Shown here: one piece after another, positions 12,915-27,967 of the stretch
How the letters are laid out: every line of letters starts with the position of its first letter
Numbering within the stretch: position 1 is the first letter of the stretch
Translations under genes and position numbers: made by a program
Origin: Octopus vulgaris
Taxonomy: Eukaryota
Length of the DNA: 64,000 nucleotides
Reading direction: 5' to 3'
Assembly (NCBI GenBank): GCA_951406725.2
Contig: OX597839.1
Span: 17,546,001 to 17,610,000, forward strand
The notes under the pieces: model-generated
Seen by the model: the letters and a program-made list of their open reading frames with translations, nothing else
The model's database searches: none
Told to the model about the DNA's origin: nothing

Positions 12915-13726
12915 TGTGAGGCATACTTGCATGTGCTTGAAATTGCACACACACACACACACACACATTCACATACACATATGTTTATTTGTTTTTACTT
13001 TTTCCTTAATTCAAAAAATGTCTAATTTTATTGTGGTGGAAATGTTTAAATTATTGATCATAGTAGCAATGTTTGACGAAACAAGCTGGAGACAGAGTGA
13101 GAGTGCAAGTGTCTGAGTGAGAAAGAGAAAGAGAGAGAAAGAGATTGTAGCACTTTTGTTCAACGAAAGAATTTTCTAAATAAATAAATAAATAATGTGC
13201 TATAGAGTACACCACCAGCTTTCAAAAACATGTCTTTTCTTCTTCTGAACTTTTCCTTTACAAATATTTTCACAAAGTTCCATGTTTATCACTTGGGTCA
13301 GTGCTGTATTTTCTATACAATAAATTATGTCACAAAATGCTTAAAATTGGAGAACAATGAAAGTTAATTGAGGTTCCATTGTTTCCGTAACTTTTCCTTT
13401 GAAGTAAAAATTAAAAAAGAAAAACACACACACATATTCATGCATCTACTTCGATTGATATAAATACACACACACATATACATACACAAAAGATACATAC
13501 ATGTATATGCATATACTTATGTACATACATACCTACTTATATACATACAGGCATACATATGTATACACATACACTTACACATACATACTGTCGTATAGAA
13601 AGCCAAACACAAAACAAAAGAAATAGAAGAAAAAATCATCTATTCTTCATTTAACATAAGTTATATATTATTTATATGTTATTCATTTTTGGGTGTTTTT
13701 AATTATTATTATTATTATTTTTATTA

Positions 13727-13774
<48 letters not shown>

Positions 13775-14096
13775 CACTACTGAATATTGTTTTTGTTTTC
13801 TTATAGTCTTTCATAGCTTTTGTCTCATCCTCATCCTCCTCCTTCTTCTTCTTCATTGCCTAAAATTATTGTTTATAATGTAACAAATGAAAATTTTCTC
13901 TCTCCATATACAAAGTTCTTTCTAATTTTTAAGTATTTATATTTTATGTTATTTATTGGGCTGTTTTGGTTAAGTACGAAGGGACAAAATAAGTAACATG
14001 TGTATACATATGCATATTTATATACTTACATATATATATATATATATATACGAATGTGTATGTGTTTGTGTGCACATCTATGTATACACACACACA

Positions 14097-14136
<40 letters not shown>

Positions 14137-14218
14137 TTATATAAGTGTATATATATATATGTATATTCATTAAAACTATATCATAATACTTTTATTTGCA
14201 CATTATATTTCACCAGTA

Positions 14219-14272
<54 letters not shown>

Positions 14273-14571
14273 TCAATCTTTATACTTTTTGGTATTGTCA
14301 ACAATGGATTGTAATATTTGATTTTGTTAATGTTTTAAGGGGGAAGTTTTATTTAAAGAAAAAAAAACAAGGTGAAACACAACTAAAAGCACACAAAACA
14401 GAATATTATATAAAATTCTATAAAAGACATCAATTAATAAGTCTTTGAGTTCTCAATCAACTTTTGTAATTGTTTGTTTTTTTTCTTTTTGCTAATTTAA
14501 AAAAAATTTCCTTTATGACATGTTGAATGAATACAATACCTTTTAGTTTACAAAATTGCAGGATTTTTTTT

Positions 14572-14620
<49 letters not shown>

Positions 14621-15109
14621 CCTACATCATAGTAAACTTATCCAAACTTGTATAGATTATTAGCATTGTTGTTATTTTATTATTATTTTTTTTTGGCAAA
14701 TGAAGATATAATATATTGATTAAATTTATTTCAAAAGTTTGAAACTTCTCAAATGTATCAAGAAATATATATATATTTATACAAAAATAAAAGTATGTGA
14801 TCTTTAATATCTCGTAGCTGCAGAATCTAAAACTGTCTGATTACAAACATTAAAATATTTTTTCTTCCATACGTGTGTTTCTGCATTAGTGTGTATGTAT
14901 TTATACACATGTATAAATTTGTATGTAAATGTTTTAATTGTATAACTTGTGTCCTTATGTGTGCGTATGTGTACATGTATGTAAGTATGCATACACACAT
15001 CTATGTACGCATGTAGAATATTATTAATTGTATAATTTGTGTCTTTGTGTATAATATGTATGAATGTGATGCATAAATATAATACATATAGGTAATATAT
15101 TCATGTAAT

Positions 15110-15144
<35 letters not shown>

Positions 15145-15348
15145 GTGACCGCGTGTGTACCGTTGGCGATTTTTTTCCTCTGTCTTCCCTTCTCTGGATC
15201 TTTCCTTTTCCTATGTTTCTGATGAAGAGCTCCGCTTGAAACGTTAAACCCTCCTTCTTCCCTTCCTTCCTGAGTGTCCGATAATACTATATTTGTTCCA
15301 CATCATCGCGTTGTTGTGTTTTCCTTTTGTGTTTTCATGTTTGGATTA

Positions 15349-15352
<4 letters not shown>
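15145..15352 (+). mobile_element. Non-autonomous hammerhead-bearing repeat of about 200 bp in (TA)n; inverted copy at about 2625-2825
   Basis: The two copies align over about 190 bp and both are flanked by (TA)n on each side. Confidence 0.75.
15215..15249 (+). ncRNA. Minimal (dimer-type) hammerhead motif
   Basis: gttt CTGATGA a gagc-tcc-gctt GAAA CG TT aaac. Stem III is reduced to the palindrome AACGTT, as in minimal PLE hammerheads. Confidence 0.7.
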
Positions 15353-15385
<33 letters not shown>

Positions 15386-16056
15386 CGTAAAGTGTACTAG
15401 CCATCTGAATGTGGCTAGCCACTGGGGAGTGGGTGTTACTGACGCTTTTAGCCCCAGGAGATCGACGTCTCCAGCTGGCCTTAGACACAATTTCTGTGCT
15501 CTTATGATATTTGCAACGGGAGGTCATCCTCCCTCGAAAACCTAAGTGATACATACAGACTATAGTTTCAAGGTTTTTGCCTCTCGTCAACGCATGGTAA
15601 ACACCGGTTTTCGATGAAGGAGACCTTTGCAAATAACTATTTAATGTTTTTCCCAGCAACCACAGTCACTGATTTAGAAAAACTGTCTGAAAGCATTAAT
15701 AAATCTCTGAACGAGATGTAAACAGTAACCGCTCGACAACGGTTGCATATATTGGACAGAATTTGTTGAGATGGACAGAAGACAGGAAATCAAAGACACT
15801 GCTTGCCTGACGGACATTTATTTACAACTACCTCACAAAGCCAAGGCAAGGAGACAGTAACACACACACACACAATGGGCTTCTTTCAGTTTCCATCTAC
15901 CAAATCTTCTCAAAAGTCTCTGGTCAGCCCGGTTTTTGTCCAAGGTCCTACATAGTGGGATTCAGCTCAAGACCACATGGTTGGGAAACATAGACCCAGA
16001 CATGCCTGTGTCTATGAATGTAATAGCTATATGTACATACGTGTATGAATAAGGCA

Positions 16057-16384
16057 GGGCACCATGTATCGAAACATAGTGCAGAACCCATTGCCTCATC
16101 GCCGTAAGCTTGTTTGATGTCTCTGTAGCAGACTTCCCAAGTTTAATGCAAAATTTCATATTGGCTCTTTATTCCAATTTCCTGTCCATGACAAAAATCA
16201 CTGACTACAGCATACACATCATTAGAAAAATGCAAATTTCACGACTTGTGAAGTAAACATAGAAATATCGCTCAGCATACTGCCTTATGAAGGTCACTGC
16301 TAGCTCTCTCTGTACATGCAACCATATACTACCATCTGTTGGCATGCTACAGGATGAGTCTGAGAACTTTTTGATACCATCTTG
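16057..16384 (-). mobile_element. Mariner 5' fragment (TIR and transposase N-terminus)
   Basis: MKFCIKLGKSATET motif. Terminal TA-caagatggtatcaaaaagttctcagact is a mariner-type TIR. Confidence 0.8.
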
Positions 16385-17611
16385 TATGAAGCACATGTGT
16401 AGACTACTGACAACATATTACCTATAAAGTTTGACATGGGAATGTTACAGAAAATAATAGTATTAGGATCTGTAAATATTGTTAGGGATTCCTAGGCACT
16501 GACATGGCTGTATGGTTAAAAAGCTTGCTATACGACCACATGGTTTCAGGTTCAGTCCCATTGCACTTCATCTTGGGCAAGTGTCTTCTACTATATCTCC
16601 AGGCTGACCAATCACTTTGTGAGTGATTTTGAATGATAGTAACTGTGGAAGCCTATCGTGTGTGTGTGTGTGTGTCTGCATTTGCCCTTCCCCTAACTCT
16701 TGATGACTGGTGTTGGTTTATGTCCCTGTAGCTCAGAAGTTTGGCAAAAGTAACCAATAGAATAAGTACCAGACTGAAGTACTAGGGTCAATTTGTTCAG
16801 CTAAACCCTTCAAGACAGTGCCCTACCATAGCCACAGCCCAATGCCTGGAACAAGTAAAAATGCAAAAACAGGAAAGAAAATAATTTATTAATCTTGAAC
16901 TTTTTATTTTTGCTTTGCTTTGCATGTTTTCCATGATTTACCAAATTTTTGTTTTAAGTAAAGAAACTTGGTATATTTCTCAAGCCATGAATAATAAAGA
17001 TAAAAATAAAATGTGAGAATTTTCCTCAAAAAGTACCTTCCCATTGTAGATAAGTATTTCAAGATATTCATAAAATATTTCTGTAGCTTACTTGTAGTAG
17101 CAAATTATAGAAAAAAGAACCCAAAAAATCAAAAACTGCCAAGACTATGTAAAACTATAAATAAATGGCATCTTGTTTTATCTCAATTTTATACTTGATT
17201 TACCATTACTAACATTGGCATTTCAACCAAAGATGAACACTTTCTTGAAACTGCTTCTGTTAAGATACCATGCAAAAACACACACAAAAAAGGAAGTTTG
17301 CTAGAATTAGCAACCAATTCTCCATCAACTTGCACCTTAATGCTCAAAAAAACCAAATGGGTGAACACATTGGAGAAATGTAGTCTTAGATACAAAATGT
17401 CTGTAAGAGGAAACAAGACCATTAGTAGTGAAATATCTTTGATCATAAATCTGCTTAATCAGGGTTGAGCTGGGACTAAAGAACAACAATGGAAAATGGT
17501 TTGGCTGTAATTTGATTTTTCTTTATCTTAATAATTGCAATATATTTCCCATGAAATACTCTGGACTTCTGTTTCAGTAAATTTTATAAAATAATCATGA
17601 ATTTGGTAGGA

Positions 17612-17935
17612 TTTAGGAAAAATTACTATTGTATTTACTTAAGTAGAATGTGATCACAGGTATAATGGAACCACAATATTTATACTTAAAAATTGCTATT
17701 TTATTCCTTTATGTTGCAAGAAGAACTCCCCTTATTGTTATGTTAGTTAAAGAGCCTCTAATATTTGAACTCGATGTAATTTAGTAAAATAACTATTGTA
17801 TTTATTTAAGTTAGAATGTGATATCAAATACAGTACAACCACACTTTGTACTTAAAAATCAGTAATATATTTTATTCACTTATATTTTTTAAAAGAATAA
17901 CTTGTTTTGCAAGTTAAAGAACCTATAAGATTTGT
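17612..17935 (+). repeat. Diverged tandem duplication of about 165 bp
   Basis: actattgtattta-ttaagt-agaatgtgat...tacttaaaaat...agttaaaga-cct occurs twice. Confidence 0.7.
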
Positions 17936-18865
17936 GAGTAAATGATATGTGTGGTCTTAGCAGATATAGAAGATTTCTGGCTAAGTTCTTTGTAACTTCT
18001 GTGTTGTGTAGTAGGCTGAATTCTCTTCTTGATTGTAATCAATTATCCTTTCAACAATTTTTTCACTGAAGCTACTCCTAACTAGTACATATCACTTAAA
18101 AATATCCATTTCCAAAGATAAATCAGACCCTTTCCTACAGGTTATAACCTCAAGATTCCTAATAATGGTAAATGTTGGCTGGAATTTTTAAGGAGCTAAG
18201 TGGTGTCTTCGTCAAGCTTTCAGTTAGCCAGTGTTAAGTTTCTGCTACTTCGTGTGTGTGTGTAGAGGTGTAGACATGGCTATTTGGTAAGAAGCTTGCT
18301 TCCCAACTACATGATTTCATGTGTAGCTCCACAGTGTGGCACCTTGGGCAATTGTCCTCTACCATATCCCCAGGTGATCAAATCCTTGTGAGGCAGAAAC
18401 TGGTAGGCAGAAACTGAAAGAAGCCTGTGTGTGTGTATGTGTGAGAGAGAGTGAGAAATTATGATAAATATAGGTTTATGTTATTAGTTCCTACATATGT
18501 TTTGTCATTATGGTTGCTTGTGGAACCCTGCATTGGATGTCCAAGTCAATTTTGATGTTTAACCAAAACAGATCATCAAGGAGCATTTTACTGCATGACG
18601 TTATAAAGAGCTAATATAATTATATATCGGTGTGTGTGTGTGTGTGTGTGACTTTTTGTTTGTATTTGTCCCCCACCACTACTTAACAATTGATATAGAT
18701 TTATTTATGTCCCTGTAACTTGGCAGTTCAGCAAAAGAAGCTGATAGAATAGGTGCCAGACTTGGAGAAACAATAAGCACTGGTACTGATTAGAAAACTG
18801 AACAGTTCAAGGCTGTGCCCCAGCGAGGCCACAGTAGAGTGACTCAAACAAGTAAAAGAAAAGAG

Positions 18866-18930
<65 letters not shown>

Positions 18931-21371
18931 ATACATACATACATGCATGCATGCATACATACATACATACATACATACATACATACATACATACATACAT
19001 ACATACATACATACTTGCATGCATCTATACTTTTATATCATCAGTGTTTTACGTCAACTTCTCCATGCTGGCATGGGTTAGAAGCATTTTGTGAGTCAGT
19101 GTTTTTATTATACCTTGATGCTTTGATATGCGTGTGTACTTCTGTGCCTGTATGTGCACACAAACATGCACTCTAATAAAAATAACAAAGTAAAACAGAA
19201 CAAAGAAAATAACATTATACCTGACTTGAAGCATTTATTAAAAAACGATTGAATCAGATTTGAAATTATAAATGAAACTTGATAATTAAATTTTCCATGA
19301 GGGAGGATTTTGTAGGTTAATGAGAAATGTTGGCAGATAGGTAATCAAGAGGAAATAATCTTCATTTACAAACTGGTACTCATTTAAATTTTATGAATAC
19401 TAAATATGTACAAAAGCTAAGTGTATGATACATACTATAATAATAATAGTAATAATAATAATAATAATAATAGTAACTGTTGTAATGTTTTATTAATGCA
19501 CTTGGGGAAATATTAAATTATTATTAAACATTGATTATGCATAATTACCAGATCTTTTAATCAATGTAGCTTAATTAATTCCTTAACGAATTCTGTGTAC
19601 CAAGATATAGCTATTTAGATTTTGAGAAAATGCATGAAATTTTAGTGTGGGAGTTATTGTCATAGTTTAACTGCAAGCAACTGTAGAACAGGGATCATCC
19701 TTTGTTAGAAAAATGTAGGACTACGTTATCTAATGCATCTTCTCTATATTAAAGATTGCAGTGTGTGAGGATTAACTGGTGGAGATTCTTGGAACAGCAA
19801 GGTCAAGGCCTCTACAAAAGATTGTAGTAGAGCACTGATTCTGCTTGGATGGCCACACCCTGTGTCTAGCCCATTGGATCTCAGCAAGGTCCATATAACC
19901 CTTGTGAGTCCATATGGCTCTTTGAAGCTCCATATAAGATTTTGTTGGTAAAATTTATGTGCAATAAATTGGCTATATTTCTACTATACACAAACTATTT
20001 TAACAATTTTGTTTATATAGTTCCTAATAATATTTAATTATATAAATGTGATAGGATTTTTTAAGCATCAAATGGCAATGGGTGGGGGTCTAGCAATTAA
20101 ATAAGAATCAAAAGAGTTCATAGGTAAAAAATGGTTGAGAAACATTGATCTAACAAATCAACGCCACTTCAAAACAGCCATGATTTATTATCCAATGTGT
20201 ACTCTTCTAGGATGATGGTCATGGAGTGATTTGCAGAAGAATCACCTGTTATTTCTTGGAGTTCAAATGATCATGTAGAGGATTCCTTGTTAGCTCATCA
20301 TGATGTAGAGTGAACCAAGGGCAAATGTATTTTAGATAGGACAGCTGTGATAACAATAACCAGATGATAGTTCATTTTAAATACTGAATTTGGGACCCAA
20401 TACTTTTGAAGACAATATACATTTGATAAAATTATCCATGATTATATTAAGTGAATTACATCCTGTATGTGTATGTGTACCTGTGTAGAGAGAGAAAGAG
20501 TGATTGGCTGGGCCAGAATTGACTAGCTTGAATTCATAACAAATATATGCATAGACGGAAAACAAGTGCATATGGAATAACTCTTTGTTCTAACATGCCC
20601 CGCTCCCCGTGTCAGTATACCAATGGGACAATCAACTACCACATATGTGTGTGTATATGTGTGTTTGCATGTATGTATGCATGCATAGATGGATGGATGG
20701 GTGGATGGATAATGTCACATTATTGAAATCTCTAAGCTATGTGATAATGAATGATTAATTCAAAACAATGTGAATAACTACACGTTTGGTTTGATTGACA
20801 GTGTAATCTGAATATTAAAGGGTTAATTATGTGGGAGGAAACAAATAGAATCTGGGGAGACAAAGTAGCAATAGCAGAACAAGGAGAGAGAGGATGATAA
20901 TAAGGGGAAAGAGATGGGCAAGAAGACAGTAAATGTTAATAGATGAGGAATAGAGAAGAAAGGGTCATAAAGATACCTTTCTGGTTTGACAGTTAAAGCT
21001 TTATTGCAAAAAGTTGGGTGGCTTCTGCTTGATCATTTGTATTTGGTGTAACAAATTTTTAATTGTTCATATTTTATTGTCTGAGTTATGTATGCACATT
21101 GTGCTGGATGTTAGATTTTTTATAGGAGCAAAGGTTAGAGATAGGCCATAGACAGGTCACATTTAGTGGTTTCTGTATAAAGCTTTGTTGAATCTAGTCA
21201 AGAGGTTTCTGCTAGTTTCTTATGCTATTTAGTGAAGGAAATATATATGGGTGATTTATGCTATTGTTGCATACAAATATGTACACTTGCAATGTATATA
21301 TAATCATATATGCATACATACATGCACGCATTATATATATATATTTTTTTTTAGAGAGAGAGATGTGTGTA

Positions 21372-21419
<48 letters not shown>

Positions 21420-21476
21420 CACACACATATATACACACACACACACACACATATATATACACACACACACACACAG

Positions 21477-21519
<43 letters not shown>

Positions 21520-21537
21520 CACACACACACACACACA

Positions 21538-21589
<52 letters not shown>

Positions 21590-21965
21590 AAGAGACAAAT
21601 ATGAATACTCACAACTGAATTAAGGAATACACATATACATATGCTTGTATTGATATATATACATATATATACACCGATACAAGCATAATATGTATATGTA
21701 TATTTGCATACACTTACATATACACCTATATAAATTTACATACACTGCCTTACAAGTAAATTAGATACATGTGTCCTTTATGCACATTTCTAACTTCAAT
21801 TACCATATACAAATATAAAGATTCTTATATACGAATGTGGATATTCCAACAGAATAGACAAATATATGTATTTGCACATTTATATATATATATACATATG
21901 CACACAACAAGCATATAAACAAAATGAATTCTGAACATGATGCATAAATAGATACATATATATAT

Positions 21966-22012
<47 letters not shown>

Positions 22013-22289
22013 TATATATATATAAGTATATCAGCATTCATTCATTCTCTTATACAAAAACATGCATATCTATTATGTATGTATGTACACACACAAGCAT
22101 AACACAAATAGACAGACACACATACACATGCATGCGTTTACATATACATGTATGTGTATGATTTTGTATAATACCTAACATAGATGCATAAAATATATAC
22201 TTGTGTACGTGGACATACATATATAAACAGGTGCAGACAGATATACGCAAAAATAGCCTCCAACTTAAAAATATGGACAATGTAGATAT

Positions 22290-23070
22290 CGGAATACCTA
22301 AATGCCCATACATCACTGTGAAAGACCATAAAGTTAACTTCATGAACTACCAATCTTCCAGAATAACAATCCCTTCTAAATATGTTTTCAATATCTTAGT
22401 AAAACAATTAGCACAATAATTTTTTAGTATCTAAGAAGATACTCAGCTTTCTGCAGTAATACATATGCTGCAACTGAATGGTTCAAAAATAAGTACTACT
22501 TTCTTCAGATTGGCATTAAGGAATATTAAGCAACAGTATTAGAACAAATACTTAATGTTGTTCTGAAATTTGCCAAATCAATTACAGCTTTTAAGGCAGT
22601 GGAAATAGAGACAATATTACAAGCTAGAAATTTCTCGTAATAATGCATACTGGATAAAGAAATGCAATAATAAAACATTTGATGTTTCTGCAGACGACAC
22701 TGACATATGACACTCTATATATATATATATAAGAACTACACACCAAGTTTTGCTTTGTTACAGGTGGACTTTATAGTGATGCTGGACTACTCTGCCTCAG
22801 AAACTTTATTTAACCCACAACAAACAAAAAAATTTAAGAATAAATTACACCTCTGCTTTAAATATTTAGGTCCCTGTGCTACACTTGGCACACATCGCAA
22901 AGCTGTAGACTTTCTTGATGTGAACTTACACTTAGAATTTCTATAAACAAACCTCATTAAAAAAAGACATTGAAAAATTCAGTATATGCATATACAACTC
23001 TCAATTCTCAAAAGTATAATTCAACAACTCTCAAAAGATTATTATAAACCTTGTTAAGAATATCTCATTA
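22290..23070 (+). mobile_element. Heavily decayed Penelope-like element RT remnant
   Basis: PYITVKDHKVNFMN..SRITIPSK (compare ITLKDHK.NF...CRLINP.K) and VDFLDVNLHL. Confidence 0.65.
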
Positions 23071-26000
23071 AGATTCTCCTCTTTATCATCATCATCATCA
23101 TCATCATCATCGTTTAACGTCTGTTTTCTATGCTGGCATGGGTTGGACAGTTTGACTGAGGTCTGGAAAGCCAGCAGCTGCACCAAGTTCCAATTTGATC
23201 TGCCAATGTTTCTACAGCTGGATGCCCTTCCTAATGCCAACCACTCCAAGAGTGTAGTCAAGCAAATCAACCCCAGAACTTATTTTTTTTAAGCCTAGTA
23301 CCTATTCTATCAGTCTCTTTTGCTGAACCACTGTCAACCTAATCTACTCACAAGTCTTTGGTCTATAGTAGAAGATTCTGTAGTAGATTCTGGTTCTATA
23401 GTAGAAGATATTTACCTAAGTTACTGGGCAATGGAACTAAACCTGAACCATATTGTTCAGCCCAAAATTTGAAACTGCGTGATTTGTTGTTCAAACTAGA
23501 GCCATATGCTATTGGAGAAGGAACTTGACATTGTTAAGATGCAATCTTGGTCTCAATACATGCATAGTTATGTTTCTGAAATTTACTCTGTAAGTATGAG
23601 TCAACATATCTTATGGCTACATACACACATTATAGGCCTGTGTCTAAATTACATATGTTATAGGCTTGTAATTTACTTTCATTTTTTTTATTTTTATAAA
23701 GATTTACAATAATTTTCAAATTTGTTATCTTAAACCTGACATGAGTCAAAGTTGCAAAGATCTTGGAAAGTTAGATAACAGGTAAAATAAAAATTAAAAT
23801 TAAAATTTCTGAGAAATTACTGTTTATAGAAATAATCTAATGAAAATGTACTAAGTTTGTGTGTGTGTGTGTGTGTGTGTTTGTGTGTATATATATATAT
23901 ATATATTATGTGTATACAAATCTGAGTGTTGTGTGTGTTTGTATTTGTGTGAACATGTCTGCCTCTGTAGACAGATGATGCAAACGTGTTTGTGTGTACA
24001 TGTACATGTCTGTCCATTTATAATATTCAACTTGTTTGGTTTTAATTTGCAGTATATGTCCAATAAAGCTTGTTTACATGATGTTGGTACTTCAAAATGC
24101 ATAAGTCAGCTGTATTTTTACAATCTAAAACACATTTTAATTTTGAATATTTTAATGTTAAAAGAAATGATAATATTTATTAAAAATTTGAAACAGCCAA
24201 GAAATATTCACTTTTATATAATAATATGCATTGTAATAATTTAGTTAAATTCCAATAAAACTATTAAAGTTTCAAATTCAAGAATTAAGCTAGAATAGTA
24301 CTTGTTATCAAAATAAGCCAAAGTAATAATGTTGGAGTTTGTTAAATCACAAATGTCTCCAATATTAGAAATAACCATGTTTGAGTTAATGGTAGTGATT
24401 AGTAAAGATCTTGTTAAATTTCTTCCATTGACTTGAAGCATTTCAAATGTTCACTGGATTATTCTCAAAAAATGTAGTTTCCATATTGCTTTGCATGGTG
24501 ATGAGGAAAATTGCATTCATATTTTGTACAAATTAATAATAAAGAAGTTAGAAACAATCAAAGTTATGGAATTTTAGCCAACTGGAAACTTCAAACATAC
24601 ACAATGAAGGCATAGCAGTAAAATCTTTCTGAAACTACACCAGAGCATCTGAAAGACAAAATTCACAGCATCACTAAATAAATTTATTACATGTAATCAT
24701 TAAAAAAATTATGTGTATTAATAATAAACACATGCTTTATGTGTTTCAGGGCAGACTTTGTAATACTGGTTTGAAAGTTTAGTACAAACCGGCAATTTCT
24801 GGGGAGGGGGTAAGTTGATTACATCGACTGCAGTGCTCAATGCCAAAGCTTGAAAGACAAAGTCAACCTTGGTGGAATTTGAACTCAGAATATAAAGATG
24901 AACAGAATACCACTAAGAATTTTGTCCAACATGCTAACAATTCTGCCAGCTCATTACTTCCAGAATTTGCAATATTAAGTACTATAAATGTGTGTGTGTC
25001 TGTTCATGTTTACACCAGTGTTTGTTATTTATTGGCAGACAGTATATGATATTAAGGTTTAGTTGATTAGAGGAAATAGCACAAATGGAATGAGAAGACT
25101 ATGTGACAGATAGGACAATGTGAGAAGTATTATAGGCAAGCAAAAATTTGGAAAGTGATGGACAAAATTTAAACATAAAAATATAACAATGAAGTTGTGT
25201 ACAGTGGATAGTATGCTGAAAAAGGGAAAATGAAAAGAACCCTCTATCAAATTAGGGTAAGAAGCAAGTAAAGAAAAAGAAACACTTATTTGAAGCACAT
25301 ATATATTTTTCTGCTACATGTTGTACAGCAGGTTTAGTTGGGAGTCATTCTTTGGCCAAGCAAACAAGGAAGGCAATGCTGGGGCTTTGTCAGTGGAAAT
25401 CGTGGCTATTGTAATGTAGTTCTTTTTCTGGATTAATCAAAGAGAGAAGGGCAAAATCCATGATTTTCTTTTTTTACAAGTGTTTGACATCTGGTAGGGG
25501 TGACTGGGTGGTTGACATTGATATATATGTGTACGTTTGATAAAAGTTTCTTAAATTAAAAATTAATCATATTTTTAAAAAAATTGAAGGGAACTTCCTT
25601 CTAAAAGATTCATGCCATTCTGTACTTTTTAATTATTTTTTTTATATAGTCAATTTTTATTCAATTTTCATTTTATGAAAACCTTTCTTCAAAAAGTATC
25701 ACAATATCAAGTATTTTTGGCAAATAAATTCTAATATATATATGTGTATGTGTATGCGTGTACCTGCATGCTTATGTGAACAAAAGAGTCACACTATCTA
25801 TCTATTCATACACCATCATAGTATTATTACTATTTACTGCTACTAATGATATTTGACTATGATTATTATACATATCCTACAAGGTGAACCCAGTTACACA
25901 ACAAAAGTATGCAACTTAATGAAAACCAGAGACACTTTGTAATACAGTACACCAAAACCACACATAACTGCATCAAACAACTAAACAAATAATTAATAAA

Positions 26001-26509
26001 TACATACAAAGAGAAGACATTAATATTTGGTGTTGTGGCAGTGGGGAAGACCCAGATAAGATCTATGTAGTCTATGAAGAATCTAATTATTTATATATTA
26101 TTATTTATATATTAATCTCTCCACACCAAACTAGTAAACTTGTGTGTGTGTGTGCAGGGCCCAATTACAGAATTTTCAGTGGGGCCCTCTACTCTGCGAA
26201 AGCTGAAGATTGATATTTTATACTTCATGTAGTACACCAGCCCCAGCCAAAAAGCATTGAGGTCTTGAGGCTCCACCATTATCCACAGTGATATACTAAA
26301 AATTTATCATAGTGTCCTCTGCTCAAGCATGTACAAGGGGCCCTCTCTTGGTACGGAGGCCCAATTTAAAGAAATCTATGTAATTGGCTTAAAATCATGT
26401 GTGTGTATGTGTGTGTTTATAAACTCTCAAAACAACACTAAATGCTATATACAATTATTAGTAGCATCAAGAATGACAGTAGTAGTCATACCAATCTAGC
26501 ATGTAATAA

Positions 26510-26990
26510 TCCTTCCATCTTCTCCACCCACTATTTCTGGGTGGGTTGTGGGAGCAGAGTCCTCAGGCACCACCTCCATAGGGTCTTGTCTGAAACAACT
26601 ATAATTATACTTCCCTACTGGATGCTCAAGCATGACCAACTGAGACAATGGTAGTTATTCAACTATTTCGTTCTTGGTCTACCCTTAGGTATCCTGCCAG
26701 ATGGCTTGGTTTGAACAGTCCATCTTTCAATTCTTTCTTGCAACATTTTAATCACTTGTTCATTGTACCAGAACTGTAACCTGTCAATATGGAGAAGCAG
26801 TGACTTGAACTGGAGAGTTTCTCTAATACCTGGATTATGCACCCTGTTGAGTAATGTTATTCGAGAGATCCTTTGGCAGAATCCAATTTGAGCTGCTCAT
26901 ATTCATGATTGTATCTTTTTGGCCATTATTCAATATTCATGACCAAAGGTGAGAATAGGCATGAAAACCGAATTGAAGACAACAGAATGT
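26510..26990 (-). mobile_element. RTE-clade LINE 3' fragment
   Basis: Minus translation SVFMPILTFGHE...RISRITLLNRVHN..IRETL...GRIPKGRPRTK, with stops. Confidence 0.75.
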
Positions 26991-27936
26991 CACATGTAAT
27001 AGTAACAACCTCAGATAATATATCCACACTGCCACCTCAAGTAAATAGCCTAATCAGACAATCAAGAATCACATAAAAAGTCAAGAACAGAATACGTGGC
27101 CCTATTTTTTGACAGTGTAATTACATTCCTATAGTGCCAGAGGCAGTTAAGTAGCAGCTCAGCCAGGACAGAAACCCTGATCTCCAAGTTAGGCACTTAA
27201 CAAAAACAAAAAAATATGCTTTTTCCATTCCAACTTTGGGAGTGGCCACCACTTTCTTCTATCAAGTATCCCAAATGACAATAGGGAAATCTAGCATTTC
27301 AAAATACTCAGAGCCAAATGAAATCACTAGTATACACTTAAAATCCCAAAATAACTTCAACAGTCATCAACATCTGAGAATCTTTTATCTTTTATGTGCT
27401 TCAGTCATTGAACTGCAGCCATGCTGGGGCACTGCTTTGATGGGTTTAGTCAAACAAATCAACCCCAGTACTTACTGTTTGAAGTCTGGAACTTATTTTA
27501 TTGGTCTCTTTTGCTAAACTGCTAAGTTGTAGGGACAAAAACAGACCAACACCATTTGTCAATGAATGGTAGAGACAAACACAAGTAGAAGAACACATAC
27601 ACACACATATATACACACATATTCATGACAAACTTCTTTCAGTTTCCATCTACCAAATCTACTCACAAGACTTTTATCAAATTGGAGCTAAAATAAAGAA
27701 CACTTGTCCAAGGTGGCATGCAATGGAATTGAACCTGGAACCATATGGTGGGGAAGGCAAACTTCTTACCACGCTGTCACACCTGGGCCTACTTAAACCA
27801 ATACTGGTAAATTCCATGAATCTATAAGCTGTGCAAAATTATAGCAGTTCTGAAGCCCAACTAAAACCAAGGAGAAATAACTTTATATAAATTCCTACAC
27901 ATACCCTTGGAACATATAGATGATCTATCTATATAC

Positions 27937-27967
<31 letters not shown>

